From NCBI GenBank assembly GCA_951406725.2, contig OX597814.1, positions 53,816,001 through 53,880,000 on the forward strand: a stretch of DNA of 64,000 bases. The letters run 5' to 3'. The notes beneath the pieces are model-generated. The model was not told the origin of the DNA. It saw nothing but the letters and a program-made list of their open reading frames with translations, and ran no database searches. Shown piece after piece: positions 26,840 to 40,070 of the stretch. Numbering within the stretch: the stretch's first letter is position 1; the number at the start of each line of letters is the position of its first letter. The stretch is from Octopus vulgaris. Its lineage: Eukaryota. A program made the translations under genes and the position numbers.

Positions 26840-29800
26840 TATGATGAAAATAAATGGTGTTGCTAAAAAAGCTTTCTTTCTTATAAAGTCCACGGAGTAG
26901 TTGTGAAAGGATGGGTGGGGCCAGGATGTGAATTCTCCTTTCTTGACACCTTCAATATAACAGACCCCAAGAGAGAGAGAGAGTGTGTGGAGAAATAGCT
27001 GCAGTACTTGACAGACATTTTATTGACTCCAGGGAATAAAATGTCAAGTTAACCTTAGTAAGATTGAACTCAGTGAATAGGGAGCTGTAACAAATACCAT
27101 AAGGCATTCTATCAGACACTCTAATTACCAAGACGACAAGCTGGCAGAAATATGAGCATGCTGAGTGAAATGCTTAGTGTTATTTTATCTGTCTTTATGT
27201 TCTGAGTTCAAATTCCGCCAAGGTCGACTTTGCCTTTCATCCTTTTGGGGTCAAGAAATTAAGTACCACTTGTGTACTGGGGTTGATCTAATCGACTTAC
27301 TTTGCCCCAAAATTTGACAAGCCCCTCCCAAAAAATTTCAGATATTTTGCCTAGAGTAGAAAAGACACTCTAATCACCTACATATCACTTCCATGAAAAT
27401 ATCTCCCAAAGGATGGGATTGACAGAAGTCGAATCATAGATAAGTTGGTATGACTTGACCAAAAATAGTGCTAATAGTAACAGCTATTAAGGGTTTAGAA
27501 GTTAAACATGATCACAGACAAAACAATATATAATACAAAGGCAGAAAAGAATGTTATGCAGGCCATCTAAGCTAGAGATTGTAATTTTGACTGTAATAAT
27601 GATATTGGTTTCAAAATATGATATAAGACCAGAAATTTCAGGGAAGGGGTTAAGTCAATTACATCGACCCCAGTGCCCAAATGGTACTTAATTCATTGGT
27701 CCTGAAAGGATGAAAGGCAAAGCTGAGCTCAGAAAAATTTGAACTCAGAATGTAAAGACAGACGAAATGCCAATAATTCTGTCAGTTTGCTGCCTAACAA
27801 TAGTATTGATATTGATGGTAATGTTGATGGTGATGTTTTAGCTATTTGCTATACCAAGGTCAGTCCTAATCAAGAAGATCTACAATCAAAAGTGTTCCTT
27901 CTGTGAAGACCCCCATTTTTAGGCATGGAGTATGTAAGACTACATTATACAATGTCCTTTTTTTTTCTCTTAAAGATAGGATAGTTGGGGATGCAACAAC
28001 ATTAATCATAGGTCTGCAAGCTTAGGTCTAACTATAGTTAGACAATTATGCTAATCATACAAACATGAAAGCAGTCTGTACCAACATGCATAGTAAGTGA
28101 TCTTAAAAAGATTTCTGATACTTCATATTTCTATAGATGCTCACATAGATCTTTTATTAGCTTGTAACAGCAAGGATGTTGTAGTTGCTTAATTCCAAGC
28201 CAACCCAGATAAAAGCCTTTATAAAAGAATAGTGGTGGTGGTGGTGGGAGTATGATAACATTGACAGTGGCAGTAAAGATGTTGTTGGTGATATAATGGG
28301 GATAAAACAATGGCTATAAATAAATATCTAAGCAAGGTCAACAAAATACATTAGGTAAATTATCAGTATACTCTAGTATGTAAAATTGTAAACTTGAGGA
28401 GATATCAAGTTTACTCTATTAAAAAAAAGACTTCTATCTTTCAACCATAGTAGAAAGATACAACACTGAATCTAAACCGAAAGTCACAACAGAACTCATT
28501 CACAGAGGACCCTGTACCAACATGTATTCAACTATGCAAGGGAAAAGTATCGATGCATTAATAACAAAAATTACAGTGAAAAAAAAAGTGAAAATGCTTT
28601 CTAAATATTTAGCGCCAGTTTAATGACATTCAACAGATAAAAGATAAATCTTCCAGGATTTGGATGCAATTTATTACATGATTTTCCAAGTGATCTAGAA
28701 CATATATCAGACAATTGGATGAACTGAGGCAATTTCTGAATAAGGTTTCTTTCCAGGGCAACGAAATGCTTGCAAAGGATTTGAACTCAGAACTGTTAAG
28801 TTGGTAGTTTGAGCATGAAAGAAATGCATGTTGGTACAGACCACCTTCACACTTGAATGATTAGCCCAACTGTTTAGCTATAATCAGATCTAATACAACA
28901 GACCTATGATTAAAAGTGTTCCAGCACTGACTGTCCCATCTTTTTCTCAGGTACAACTTAAATCCAGGACTAAAATATCCAGTGCATCCTTATTTTTTTT
29001 TAATTAGCAAAGTATGATTTGAAGAAAGTTTAGCTGGTATTTCTAGCAGTTGAACAATTATGTAAAGCAATGTTTCTCAATAATATTTTATTTTTATCAA
29101 TGGACCCCTTTGATTCCTATTTTACTTGGATAGACCCTTCCTAGTCATTCAATGTTTAACAAATCATATATTTTTTATAGTATTATTAAGAGTTGTATAT
29201 AAAAAAAATTACTGCAGATAAATTTTAACATGTAAATCTTATATGGACCCCCAAGGGCCATATGGACACTAGTAGAGAATCACTGGAGTAAAAGTTCCTT
29301 CATTGGCTCATTGACAGTTATATGAAGAGGCATCCAACTTTAAATAGAAAAATTAATTTGCCCTAAAAGCTCTTACACAATAGGTGCAGGCATGGCTATA
29401 GGCACAAGCATGATTATTGTCTATAGGCACAGGTGCAGCTGAGTGGTAAGAATAGGTGCCAGCATGGCTGTGTGATAAGAAGTTTGCTTCCCAATCATAT
29501 GGTTCTGGGTTCAGTCCCACTGCATAGTACACTAGACAAGTATCTTCTGTTGCAACCCTGAGCCAACCCAAAGCCTTGTAAGTGGATTCAGTAGACAGAA
29601 ACTGAGGAAAGACCATTGTGTGTGTGTATGTGTGTGTGTGTGTCCATGTCTTCCCCCACCACCACTTGACAACTGGTGCTGGTGTATTCATGTCACCATA
29701 ACTTAGCAGTTTGGCAAAGGAAACCAATAAAATAAGTAACAGGTTTCAAAAAAAAAAGTACTGGGGTCAATTCATTTGACTAAAAATTCTTCAAGGTGGT

Positions 29801-30382
29801 GCCCCAGCATGGCCACAACCTAATGACTGAAACAAATAAAAGAATATAGAATCTAAAGATCTATTCAATCCTAATCTAGCACAACGAGATAAAACAGAGT
29901 TATAAAAAATAGAAAAGTTTCAGCTTCAAATTATCTTAGGAATATACCATCATCTCATGAATAATAACATGAATATTGAAACAAAAAATAAATAAAACAC
30001 AGAAAAAGAAAAAAAGACAAAAAATTTGAGACAAGGAAATTATGTAATGAGGCTTGATGCTGTAAGAATAGTTTGGTGGTATTAAGGTTGTGTAGTGGTG
30101 GGTACTTTGAGATGTTAGAATGGAGAAGTGAGGATGAAGAGGAAAGTGGTAGCAAGTGTGATATGTAAATGAAGGTGTGATGCACAGTGAGTGAGAGAAA
30201 TCCCAGTGTGCTTGTAGGAAGGTGTTTACAGAGTAGTGGTGACAAAGCAACAAATTGAAGAAATAAACAAAACAATTTTATTACCAGTCATAAAATGAAG
30301 TAATAAAATAAATAAAAACAAAGATATGGCAATTGCAATGGTGATGATGACAATGACGAAAATTATGGTACTGATAACTTAC

Positions 30383-30820
30383 AAACAAATGCCGAAAAGT
30401 TTCAAAACCAAGTTGGCAGCCATTGATTTGATATTGATCATCTGACCGATACGAATGTTGGAAAGAAAATTAGGTTCTCGGATGACATTCAGTACACAAA
30501 GCAAGGTGAAAAGCAGGTAATATCTCACTTGGCTAACACTAATTGTGTTAGTAGTGTCAATGGCACTAGTGGTGGTGGTGGTAGCGGTGGCAGCAGTAGT
30601 AGTAGTGGTAATAACACCACACTGAGTCTTCCTCTTTCGCCGGACACTTGAACTTACTTCATACATAATAATCAAGATTTGTTTTCGTAATGACCATTCT
30701 ACAAACTGACTACAGGGGAACAACTGTGTGTTGTTAGATGAAAGATAAGATGGAAAATTCAGAGTTAATGGGTTCTCCTTCTGTACAAAATTCTTATTTG
30801 ACCCACTACTTTTCAATTAA
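30383..30820 (-). CDS. Candidate upstream exon of the SNX16-like gene (5'UTR and/or N-terminal extension)
   Basis: Pyrimidine-rich acceptor ...gttgttgatgatgatacag| at 30821. Donor TGTTT|gtaagt at 30383/30382 is phase 2, matching the phase-2 acceptor at 21889 (TT+A = Leu, giving ...LFGICLVSPEQSM). In-frame ATGs at 30666, 30441 and 30423. No repeat homology seen. Confidence 0.5.
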
Positions 30821-32597
30821 CTGTATCATCATCAACAACAGAACAAACAAATGAACCAGAGAAATAGAAAGAAAAATATATTTAGTGTGAGATTAAATAT
30901 TCTCAATGGAAGAATATAAATCATTAGAAAGCTTTAAATTTCTTTCTTTACTTCTTTAGATCCTTAAAAATTGTTGCAATTTTATTCATGCTGAAAAGCA
31001 TAATGTGTATGAATGGTCATGTGTGAGTGTGTGTGTAAGTGCACACAATTTACACTGTGTAGGTAGATGTATACAGTGAGTTGGTGCTACTGAATTCAAC
31101 TTAGTATGGCTTTTAAATAAATTTAAGGCAAGAATTTCTTTCTTCTTCACTTCAGTTTCAAAAAACTATCCTTCTGCTGTAAATATTTCTTTCCTTTCAA
31201 TATTCACCACAGTATTTTCCACCCCAAATGTGTTCAATGATGTGTGGGTATTTTTTAGTACACCAAATAACTATCCGGACTTTGGGAATTACTTGAGGTT
31301 TACAGTGAGAAACGCAAGAGATCTGAAAAGAAGCCAGTGACAACAGCTTTACTATGAATGTGTACGTGTCTGTAGAGGGGGGAGGTGCAATTAGTTGCAG
31401 TGAAAAGCAATTAGTAACGGTAGGTGGAAGTCATTTGGCAAAGTAAGTTGAGGTGGTTGTCTGGTGGTAGAAGGTCAAGGGTGATGTTGGCTGATGATAG
31501 AAAGACCAGAAAGAAAGTGACAGTAAAACTTAACTCAGGGAGGGAGGAGGGTTTCAGGTGGAAGAGATAAAGAGACAAGAATAAAAAGAATGTAAGAGAA
31601 TATGACAGAGAGAAAAAGATAAAGAAACGGGGTGGGGGAAGAACAAGAGAAGAAAGCTTGATAGCAAATGACTTTACAGTAAAAGCAGAGAATTAAAAGA
31701 CAACATTAAGGAGAATGAAATAATGAACTGAAGAAGAGAAATGAAGTGTGAAAGAAAAAAGTAGTAAGAAAAGAACTTGGTGGAAGATTTTACCAACAAA
31801 GAAAAGCATAAACAATTGCTTGGAGAGAGTATTTAAAGTTTAATGAAAGTATTCTGAAATGCCAAGGAGCTAATAGGGTGCCATATGAATACAACAAGGG
31901 TACTTATTATTCGATAACATTACAACACTGTTTCATTACTTATACATACTAAAATTACTAACATTGACCCTCTGCTGCCAAAGGTCAAGTCAAAGCAACA
32001 CCTCTAAAAGAGGATAGGGGTGATATAGTGAAATATGTCTGCATGAAGAGACACAATTGTAGGGTAGGTATGATGTTAGATTCCTGACTTGTATGTCATG
32101 AGAGCTAATACATGCTTTTTATTTTTTATTATTTTTTTTTGCACAAGTTATTCTAAGAAGTCAAACCAGGGTCCTTTCAGGCACAGTTCTCTGCTCTCTA
32201 TCTTATCTCAGTCCTTAAAAAGATAATTTGCACACAATAAATTCTCACACAAATACTTAACATACATGTCTCCCCCAGTCAAAAACCAGCTTGTTTTTAT
32301 TTATTTACTCTAAGAAAAACAGTGGTTCCCATAGATTTTCAGAACTTCTTGGAGGGGAATACAAGAGTAATGCTGTTGTTTGATCCCAACTCAGCCTATA
32401 AATAAACGTAATTCTGCCTCACCATCTGATCTTTGTTGTATACATTATCCACATTTTTCTTCTATGAACTATGTTTAGTCCCACTACATGCCACCTTGGA
32501 TAAGTGTCTTCTACTATAGCTGCAAGTCAACCAATGCATTGAGTGAAAATGAAAGAAGTCTGTCATACATACATATATATATATATATGTGTGTGTG

Positions 32598-32847
32598 TGG
32601 AGGCGCGTAGCTTAGTGGTTAGGGTGTCAGCATCATGATCGTAAGATTGTGGTTTTGATTCCTGGACCAGGCGACACATTGTGTTCCTGAGCAAAACACT
32701 TCATTTCACATTGCCACTCAGCTGGCAAAAATGAGTAACACTGCAATGGACTTGCATCCCATCCAGATGGGGAACACATATGCTATAGAAACCGGGAAAC
32801 TGGGCCAATGAGCCTGGCTAGGCTTTGAAAGGGCACATTTATTTATT

Positions 32848-32850
<3 letters not shown>
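32598..32850 (+). mobile_element. tRNA-derived SINE with V-domain-like core (family C), nested in a family B SINE
   Basis: Head GGCGCGTAGCTTAGTGGTTAGGG...GGTTTTGATTCC (A/B boxes). Core GCAATGGACTTGCATCCCATCCAG and AGAAACCGGGAAA, then (TTTA)n tail. Confidence 0.7.
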
Positions 32851-32892
<42 letters not shown>

Positions 32893-34616
32893 AATACATA
32901 TGTTTATATATATGTATATGTGTGTATATGTATATATATTTATGTGTGAGTCGGTGTTTGTGTTTGTCCCCCTTCAACACTTGACAACTAGTGTGGGTTT
33001 ATTTATTTCCCCGTAACTTAGCAGTTTGGCAAGAAGAGATTAAAAAAATAAGTACCAGGCTTAAAAATAAGTACTGAGGTACATTTGTTTCATTAAATTC
33101 TTCAAGGTTGTTTCCCAATAGGGCTGCAGGCCAAAGACTGAAACAAATAAAAAGTTAAAACTAAAACCCATACACAAAACAATTTATGCTAGCTCATACC
33201 TGAATTTTCTAAAATTAGAAAATTAATTCAAGACCAGGCAATTTCAGTCTTCTAACAATCAATCCAAGAGTTGGTGATAAAATTTAAACCGTGCATTCAA
33301 GGGATTCAATTTTTGTTTCTGATAGGATTCACTATATTATTGAATTTATTATCAGGAAAATATGATGGTAGTTTAAGAATTCACATATCAGCATAATGTG
33401 GTACACGTAAATTTAAGCAAGAAATATTTTCTTGATTTCAGCCAATAAAAAAATCAAATAATTTGAATAATTCAATTTGCTTCCTGTTTATGTTCTTCAC
33501 TGCCAGTGTCATGTAAAAAGTATCTGGTCCACACTGTGAAGTGGTTGGTATTAGGAAGGGTATCTACCCATAGAATACATGCCAAATCAGACATTGGAGC
33601 TTAGCATGATCTTCTGGCTCAAGGGCTCTTATCAAACCATCCAACCCATGCCAGCATGGAAAATGGATGTTAAACAATGATGATGATGATGATGATGATG
33701 ACTATCCTCTGTTTTTCCAGTAAACTTTTTGTCACTTAAAGTACATGGTAAAAAACTAACTAGTGATGTAATTAATCATGAGAGTTAACCACTATCTGTC
33801 ATGCAGTAGAGCCATTCCACATGGGTAATTAGGGAAACAAACCAACAAACCAACCAAAAAACACTTTGCTACATGACTTTGGCATTCGAATTCTGCACAT
33901 GATACAATAATATTTTTTTATCACATACGTGCATATGTGCATATGTATGTAAGTATGATGTATGTATGTATGCATGTATGTGATACTATACCTTGATACT
34001 GTGTGGACTACAATCTCCTTTGATAGGTCTCTAGTATGTCATCATAACTTACATAGCTTACTAATTTGAGTGGTCAATGGTTGTTATGTAAGATTGTTGT
34101 AATGGTTAACATACCTATATGATTTACAGCAGATGAATCACTTAAATTCTATAAGCAACATTACAACATATTTCCATCTTCATTGGATATATATGTGTGT
34201 GAAAATACTATACTGTGTATTTAATACCTAAACACCTTGCAAAAAGAGATAAAATTTCAAAAAACAAAATAAACTTTATTTTGCTTTGTAATCATTGATA
34301 AAATAAATAGGCTTTTAGTTTCAGTTATTTCTGAGATAAGAGTAGACACAATAAACAACCAGCCAGCCAATTAAATTGAAGAAAAACAATCTAAGAGAGC
34401 CACAATGCGGTTCTGTAATCTTTTAGAATTAGCAACCAATTCTTCTCATAGGTGGAACATTTTTGTTTTTAGGTCAGCTTCATTGCCACTGGCTTGAGGT
34501 TTAAAGAATGGAACTGAAACAAAATCTGTGACGTATTTTGTTAGTTTTTGTTGTTTTTTATTTGATGGAAGGATTGATGGTACACAAAAGATTTATTATT
34601 TTTAAAGTTTTTTTAA

Positions 34617-34836
34617 CCCTTTTGATACCAACCCACCTGAAACTGCCATTGATTTTATGATACAAATTCCCAGTTTTAAAGAGATCTAAATTAAAATCTT
34701 CCATGAGAATTTTGTGTTAATTTATGTTCCAAACACCTGCTTAATATTGACAGTTACTTTACTAAATCCTTAATTATTTCCAAAATTAAGTGAAACAAAG
34801 GCAGTATATTTCAACAGAAATATGATAACAAAAGGG
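34617..34836. mobile_element. piggyBac-like MITE, family 2 (220 bp). Relatives at ~975-1180, 11370-11550 and 40141-40380
   Basis: TTAA|CCCTTTTGATACCA...GATAACAAAAGGG|TTAA. Confidence 0.8.
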
Positions 34837-35241
34837 TTAAAATCAGATCCTCATCTCCATACTCTTATTTCTGTGTTATGACATTCATTTCAAAAACTAC
34901 TGCAATACACATTTTTCTGCAGCAATAAAAGAACCAGAACTCACAAATTACTGCATGTTATCTTCTATTACTGCTCATGTCCCTTATTCTTTTTAGTGCC
35001 AGTTAAGTCCAACAGTGTTTTATCCAACACCCAATAGCAAAAAGATGGTTGTTCCTCCACTTTTTCTCTTAAAAGTTTCTGTCATTCTTTTTCTTTCCTC
35101 CTCTCATTCATCAGCTTCCAATTCTCTCTCTCTTTCTCTCTCTATGAATTTATCTGTAGGTTTCTCATGTCAAATGCAACATAGATAAAGCACACTCATA
35201 GTGCAATAATCTAAAAATTTCATTTGATTAAAACACCAGTC

Positions 35242-35290
<49 letters not shown>

Positions 35291-35979
35291 TACATACATT
35301 TATACATGGCATACACTCCACACACACACATTTTTGTGTGTGTGTGATGGTATTATGAGCCTAATCAGTACAAATTTAACATCAGGTAGAGCAGATATAT
35401 AAGCCAATAGATGTGAAGGTGATGATGCATCCTGTTGTAAATTGATTCCTCTAAAGTTTTTGAATTTAAATCCTAACTTTATATGGTATTAACCAGTTAT
35501 AGAATGGTATTAGACTTAGAGTGATATCAAAGAAATTAAGTATATTTAGGCTTGTGTCCACTGTTACTATTAGGTTTAGCTTTTAAGATTTAAATCTACA
35601 AATAGTAGTAGACACAAACCTAAACAATTAATTTGGTATTTTACAGACAAGTTCGAAAAAAGTTGCCAATAAGCGTTCCATCTTATAAGAGTAAATACCC
35701 AATATTGCTGCATTTGAAATTTACTTTTTTCTCTGTAAAATATCAAACACATTTGACCCTTCCAAGATTTGTTTATATAATGATGTCAATTTTATATCAA
35801 GAGTGCCTCAATGTGGTTCTGTAATCTTTTAGAATTAGCAACCTTGATATTATATGAAACCTAGACACTGACAGCTACCAACCTTTCTAAAAAGAAAAAG
35901 CAATGAAAGGCTTCTATATATTAACAAATACTCTTTCTACCCAATTTATGTCATTAATTGCCATATGCTTGATATTCAG

Positions 35980-36450
35980 TAAGAATATCGAACATGCTTG
36001 TCAAGCTTCTCTTCAGATGAGGACTCTTTCATCAGAGTGTCTCATTATTACAATTATGTTAAATGCCTTCAGGGAAAAAATTCCAATACACAACAAATAC
36101 CATATATACCCCAACTTCTGCATGACCAATATAAACCAAAACTACTATGCTTCAACAATCCAACTCCGATCACAACATCACCAGTAAATTTTTACTTTGA
36201 TACAAAAACATTTTCCCAATAACTACTGATATAAAATATTTAAGAGAAACAACTAAGTTACTCAAGCACACCTAACTTTGCCTTACTATAGCAAACACTA
36301 GTTCACTTCTTTATATGACATTGCATCAACTCCGGAAATTGTCCATTTAACGGTCAATAACATACCATGCAGATGTCTTTACTATCAATAAAAACACACC
36401 TAAATCCCTACATCAATATAACTTTGAATACTTTCAAATCCATATTCCAC
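35980..36450 (+). mobile_element. Possible old Penelope-like RT/linker remnant
   Basis: KNIE..LSSFSSDEDSFIRVSHYYN resembles the PLE motif RISxLSSxEExFxxxxxYYN, followed by A/C-rich decayed sequence. Confidence 0.4.
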
Positions 36451-36690
36451 TAACATATCCACTCATTCATAAACATCAGCAGAAGAGTAGATACCACATA
36501 TAGTCACAGAAGAGTAGATACCACATATAGTCACACAATTATAATATCAAATGGAGAATTACAGTCCATGCCAAAGCATTTTAGCAAAATGGCAATTGTA
36601 ACCTGTGTACTGAAGAAAAGCTGACCATATTCCAGAGCAGCTTTAAGATGTAAAATGATTTGATCTCCTTTGCATGCAGAAGCCCAGGTG

Positions 36691-36730
<40 letters not shown>

Positions 36731-37976
36731 GATGGCAAGCTGGCAGAATCATTAGCATTTTATAGCAGCATTTTGTCCATCTTTACGACCTGAGTTCAAA
36801 TTCCACCAAGGTCAACTTTGCCTTGGATCCTTTCAGGGATGATGAAATAAGTACCAGTTGAACACTGGGGTTGATGTAATCAACTTATCCCCACTGAAAT
36901 TGCTAGCCTTGTGCTAAAATTTGAAATTATTATTATTATTATTATTATTAAGGTGGCAAGCTAGCAGAATCATTAGCAAGCAAGGCAAAATACGTAGCAG
37001 CATTTGGTCCATCTTTATGTTCTGAGTTCAAATACCACTAAAGTTGATTAGCCTGTCATCCTTTCAGGGGTTGATAAACAAGTACTTGTTGATCACTGGG
37101 GTTGATCTAATCAACTTAGCCCTTTCCCCAAAATTTCTGGCTTTGTGCCAAAATTTGAAACCATTATTATTATTATTATTATGGCATAGTAAATTTTCGC
37201 AATAACTAGGTTAAATGAGTGCCTCCTCAAATTATAGATTTTACCCTATGCTTTACAAAAACATTCAAATAGCAAATTATGAAGAAATGGAGCCAGTGAA
37301 TGTCAAGGTTGAACAAAAATCTAGACTGCAGCCAACTATCCTACCAACACACTGTATTTATCCATTCACTCCCCATTAATATAATTCCATACTGACATCA
37401 ATCTGCAGAAGTTTAAATTGGATATAATCCATATCTGTCTGAGATTATAAATATATACATTATATATTCATTTGTTATATCATTTGTATTTATTCATATT
37501 TGTTAAGTTTTTAATATGTCTTAATATATTGTATTACATCTCTAACTCAACTAACATTTCTACACACACACACACACACATACACACATTTTCTAACCCC
37601 CTTTTGGAACAAAAGAACAATTATAACATTAAATATCATGAAATTCATAAAGACAATGTCGAAAATGTGACTAATTACAGATGAGATTCAAGTTTTGTTA
37701 GCCAAAACTTAATCATTAAGAGAATTGTGCCAACTGGCAAGACAGGACAACTTTAAACAACTCAGGTGAGAGCTTACTCATAGCAATTAGAAAATATTCT
37801 GACAAGACACTATAAACAGATCTAAATACTAGCCTGCGGACAGAATGGTATAAGGTGATATGAATAGAGACCTTCTGCACAGAAGCAATTAAGTATGTTA
37901 TACATGGTGACAAATTCACAGACACACAGATTTCAAAATTATTTATACAGAGATATATCGATACAAACACACATTC

Positions 37977-38028
<52 letters not shown>

Positions 38029-38060
38029 TACAGAGATATATCTATACAAACACACATTCA

Positions 38061-38099
<39 letters not shown>

Positions 38100-38596
38100 A
38101 CACATATTGAAACACAGAGGCAATATTTCCCCATAGCCAGGTATGTTTTCACAAAACATTGGAAATGAATGACCTTGTTTGTATTACAGTGACACTCATT
38201 TACAACTATCACGCAATGTTAGGACAAGGAGACACAAACACACATATTCACACAATATATACAAACACATACACATATGATATGACAAGCTTCTATCAGT
38301 TTCCATCAGTATACAAAATTCAGTTCCAAGGCTTTAGTTAGTTTGTCTATGGTAGAAGACAGTTACACAAGGTCCTTGAAATGAGACTGAACCTGAAACT
38401 ATGAAGTTGGGAAGTAAACTTTTCAACTATACAACCACACTCATACACATTACACAAAAATCAACTGCCTTTCATCCATCCAGATTCAGTAAAATAATAC
38501 TCATAATATACTGAGATTATCCAGTAAATTCTACATTTTCCGAATAAAAAATTGGCTTTGTATCAATTCAAATTAAATTCATATAAGAAAACCATA

Positions 38597-40070
38597 CGAA
38601 TGGCTATACTCCATGGTAGTGAGACATAAGCTATGAATGCAGAGGACATGCATAGACTGGAGAGGAATGAAGGTAGTATCCTCCATTGGATTTGCAACAT
38701 CAGAGTGCATGGCCAACAAAGCACAACTGTGTTGAGAGAAAAGTTAGGCATAAGAGAAATTAAATGTGGCATGCAAGAGAGGAGAATGCTTTGGTTTGGA
38801 TATGTGGTGTATATGAGTAAAGGCAGCTATATACAAAAGTGTCTGTCACTGTAAGTGGATTGTACATGTGGAAGAAGGAGACCCCAAAAGACATGGTATG
38901 GAGTGGTGAGGACCAGTCTCAGGATGTTAGGACTCACAGAGGAAATGACAAAGGACTGAGATGTTTGGTGATATGAGGTCCTAGAGAAGACCCACCCACA
39001 TCAGTGAAACTGAGTGCTAGAAGTGGTATCTAACCCACTTGTAACAATAAACTTTTCACACCCTACCCTAAGAAACTGAACTACACCTCCTCTTCTAAAC
39101 TGCATCTTTCTCTTCCACACATTTCCTCTTCATACACTATGATTGTCTCCCGCTCCCTTTCCTTGCTCTCACTGCCCTGCTCACTGTATTGCTGCTTTCC
39201 TCCACCCCATCTTTATACCTAGGTTTTTGCCAGGCACTGCAATCCTCACTCCATGTTCACACATTCTGGGCAATACTTGAACACATATATTATGACCTCC
39301 GTACCTTGAGGGCATGCCCTGGCAATTGCTACCATTTATCTTTCTCTTTCTTTCTCTACCATCACATCTATGCTGTTGTTACTTGTGAGTATACCCTAGC
39401 ACTTCACCACCATCTCTCACCTGCTCTCTCTTGCACTTTTGCTATTTCCCACTATCTCTTTCCCTTGCTCTTCCCTCTGGCTGAGTAGAGATGTATCCCC
39501 TCTACAGCAGCACACCTGTTTCTGCCCTCCTTCTTGATCACTCTCTCTTTCTTCTTGCTTTTCCCTCGGGCTAGGTAACCTAGTATCTCCTTTACATCAG
39601 CACACCTATTTCTGTCCCCATTCTTGTACCTCTCCCCCCCCCTCTCTCTCTTCCTCTCTCTTTCTCTTTCTTGCCTGGTAACGATGTATCTCCTCTATAG
39701 CAAGACACCTGTTTCTGCTTCTCTATTTCTCTGTCACATTCTAACTTTTCATCATCTGATACAAGATCCCCTCCTCCAATACCCCACCCCTCGCAAAATT
39801 CTTTATCTTGCAAGTTACATGGTGGCACTTTTAACTGTCTTGCAAGTGACCATGTTACTTGTCTTGCAAGTTACTTGGTGAACTTGCTAGAGCTGGTGCC
39901 ACATAAAAGCATCCAGTCCACACTGTGAAGTGGTTGACATTTGGAAGGGCATCCAGCTGTAAAAACCCTGCCAAAGCAGACACAGTAGCCTGGGGTAGTC
40001 TTCTACCTGTCAACCATCCTACCCACACATGCATGAAAGTCAGATGTTAAACAATGATGATGATGATGAT
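38597..40070 (+). mobile_element. RTE LINE 3' portion (second subfamily) with long pyrimidine-rich 3'UTR and (GAT)n tail
   Basis: LHGSET*AMNAEDMHRLERNEGSILHWICNI...CGRRRPQKTW. Closely similar to 7380-7790. Tail at 40054-40071. Confidence 0.9.

Noticed and set aside
32598-32670. tRNA gene (also the tRNA-like heads at 13463-13535 and in SINE families A and B)
   Set aside because: A/B boxes are present but there is no complete cloverleaf, and each continues into a repeat body.
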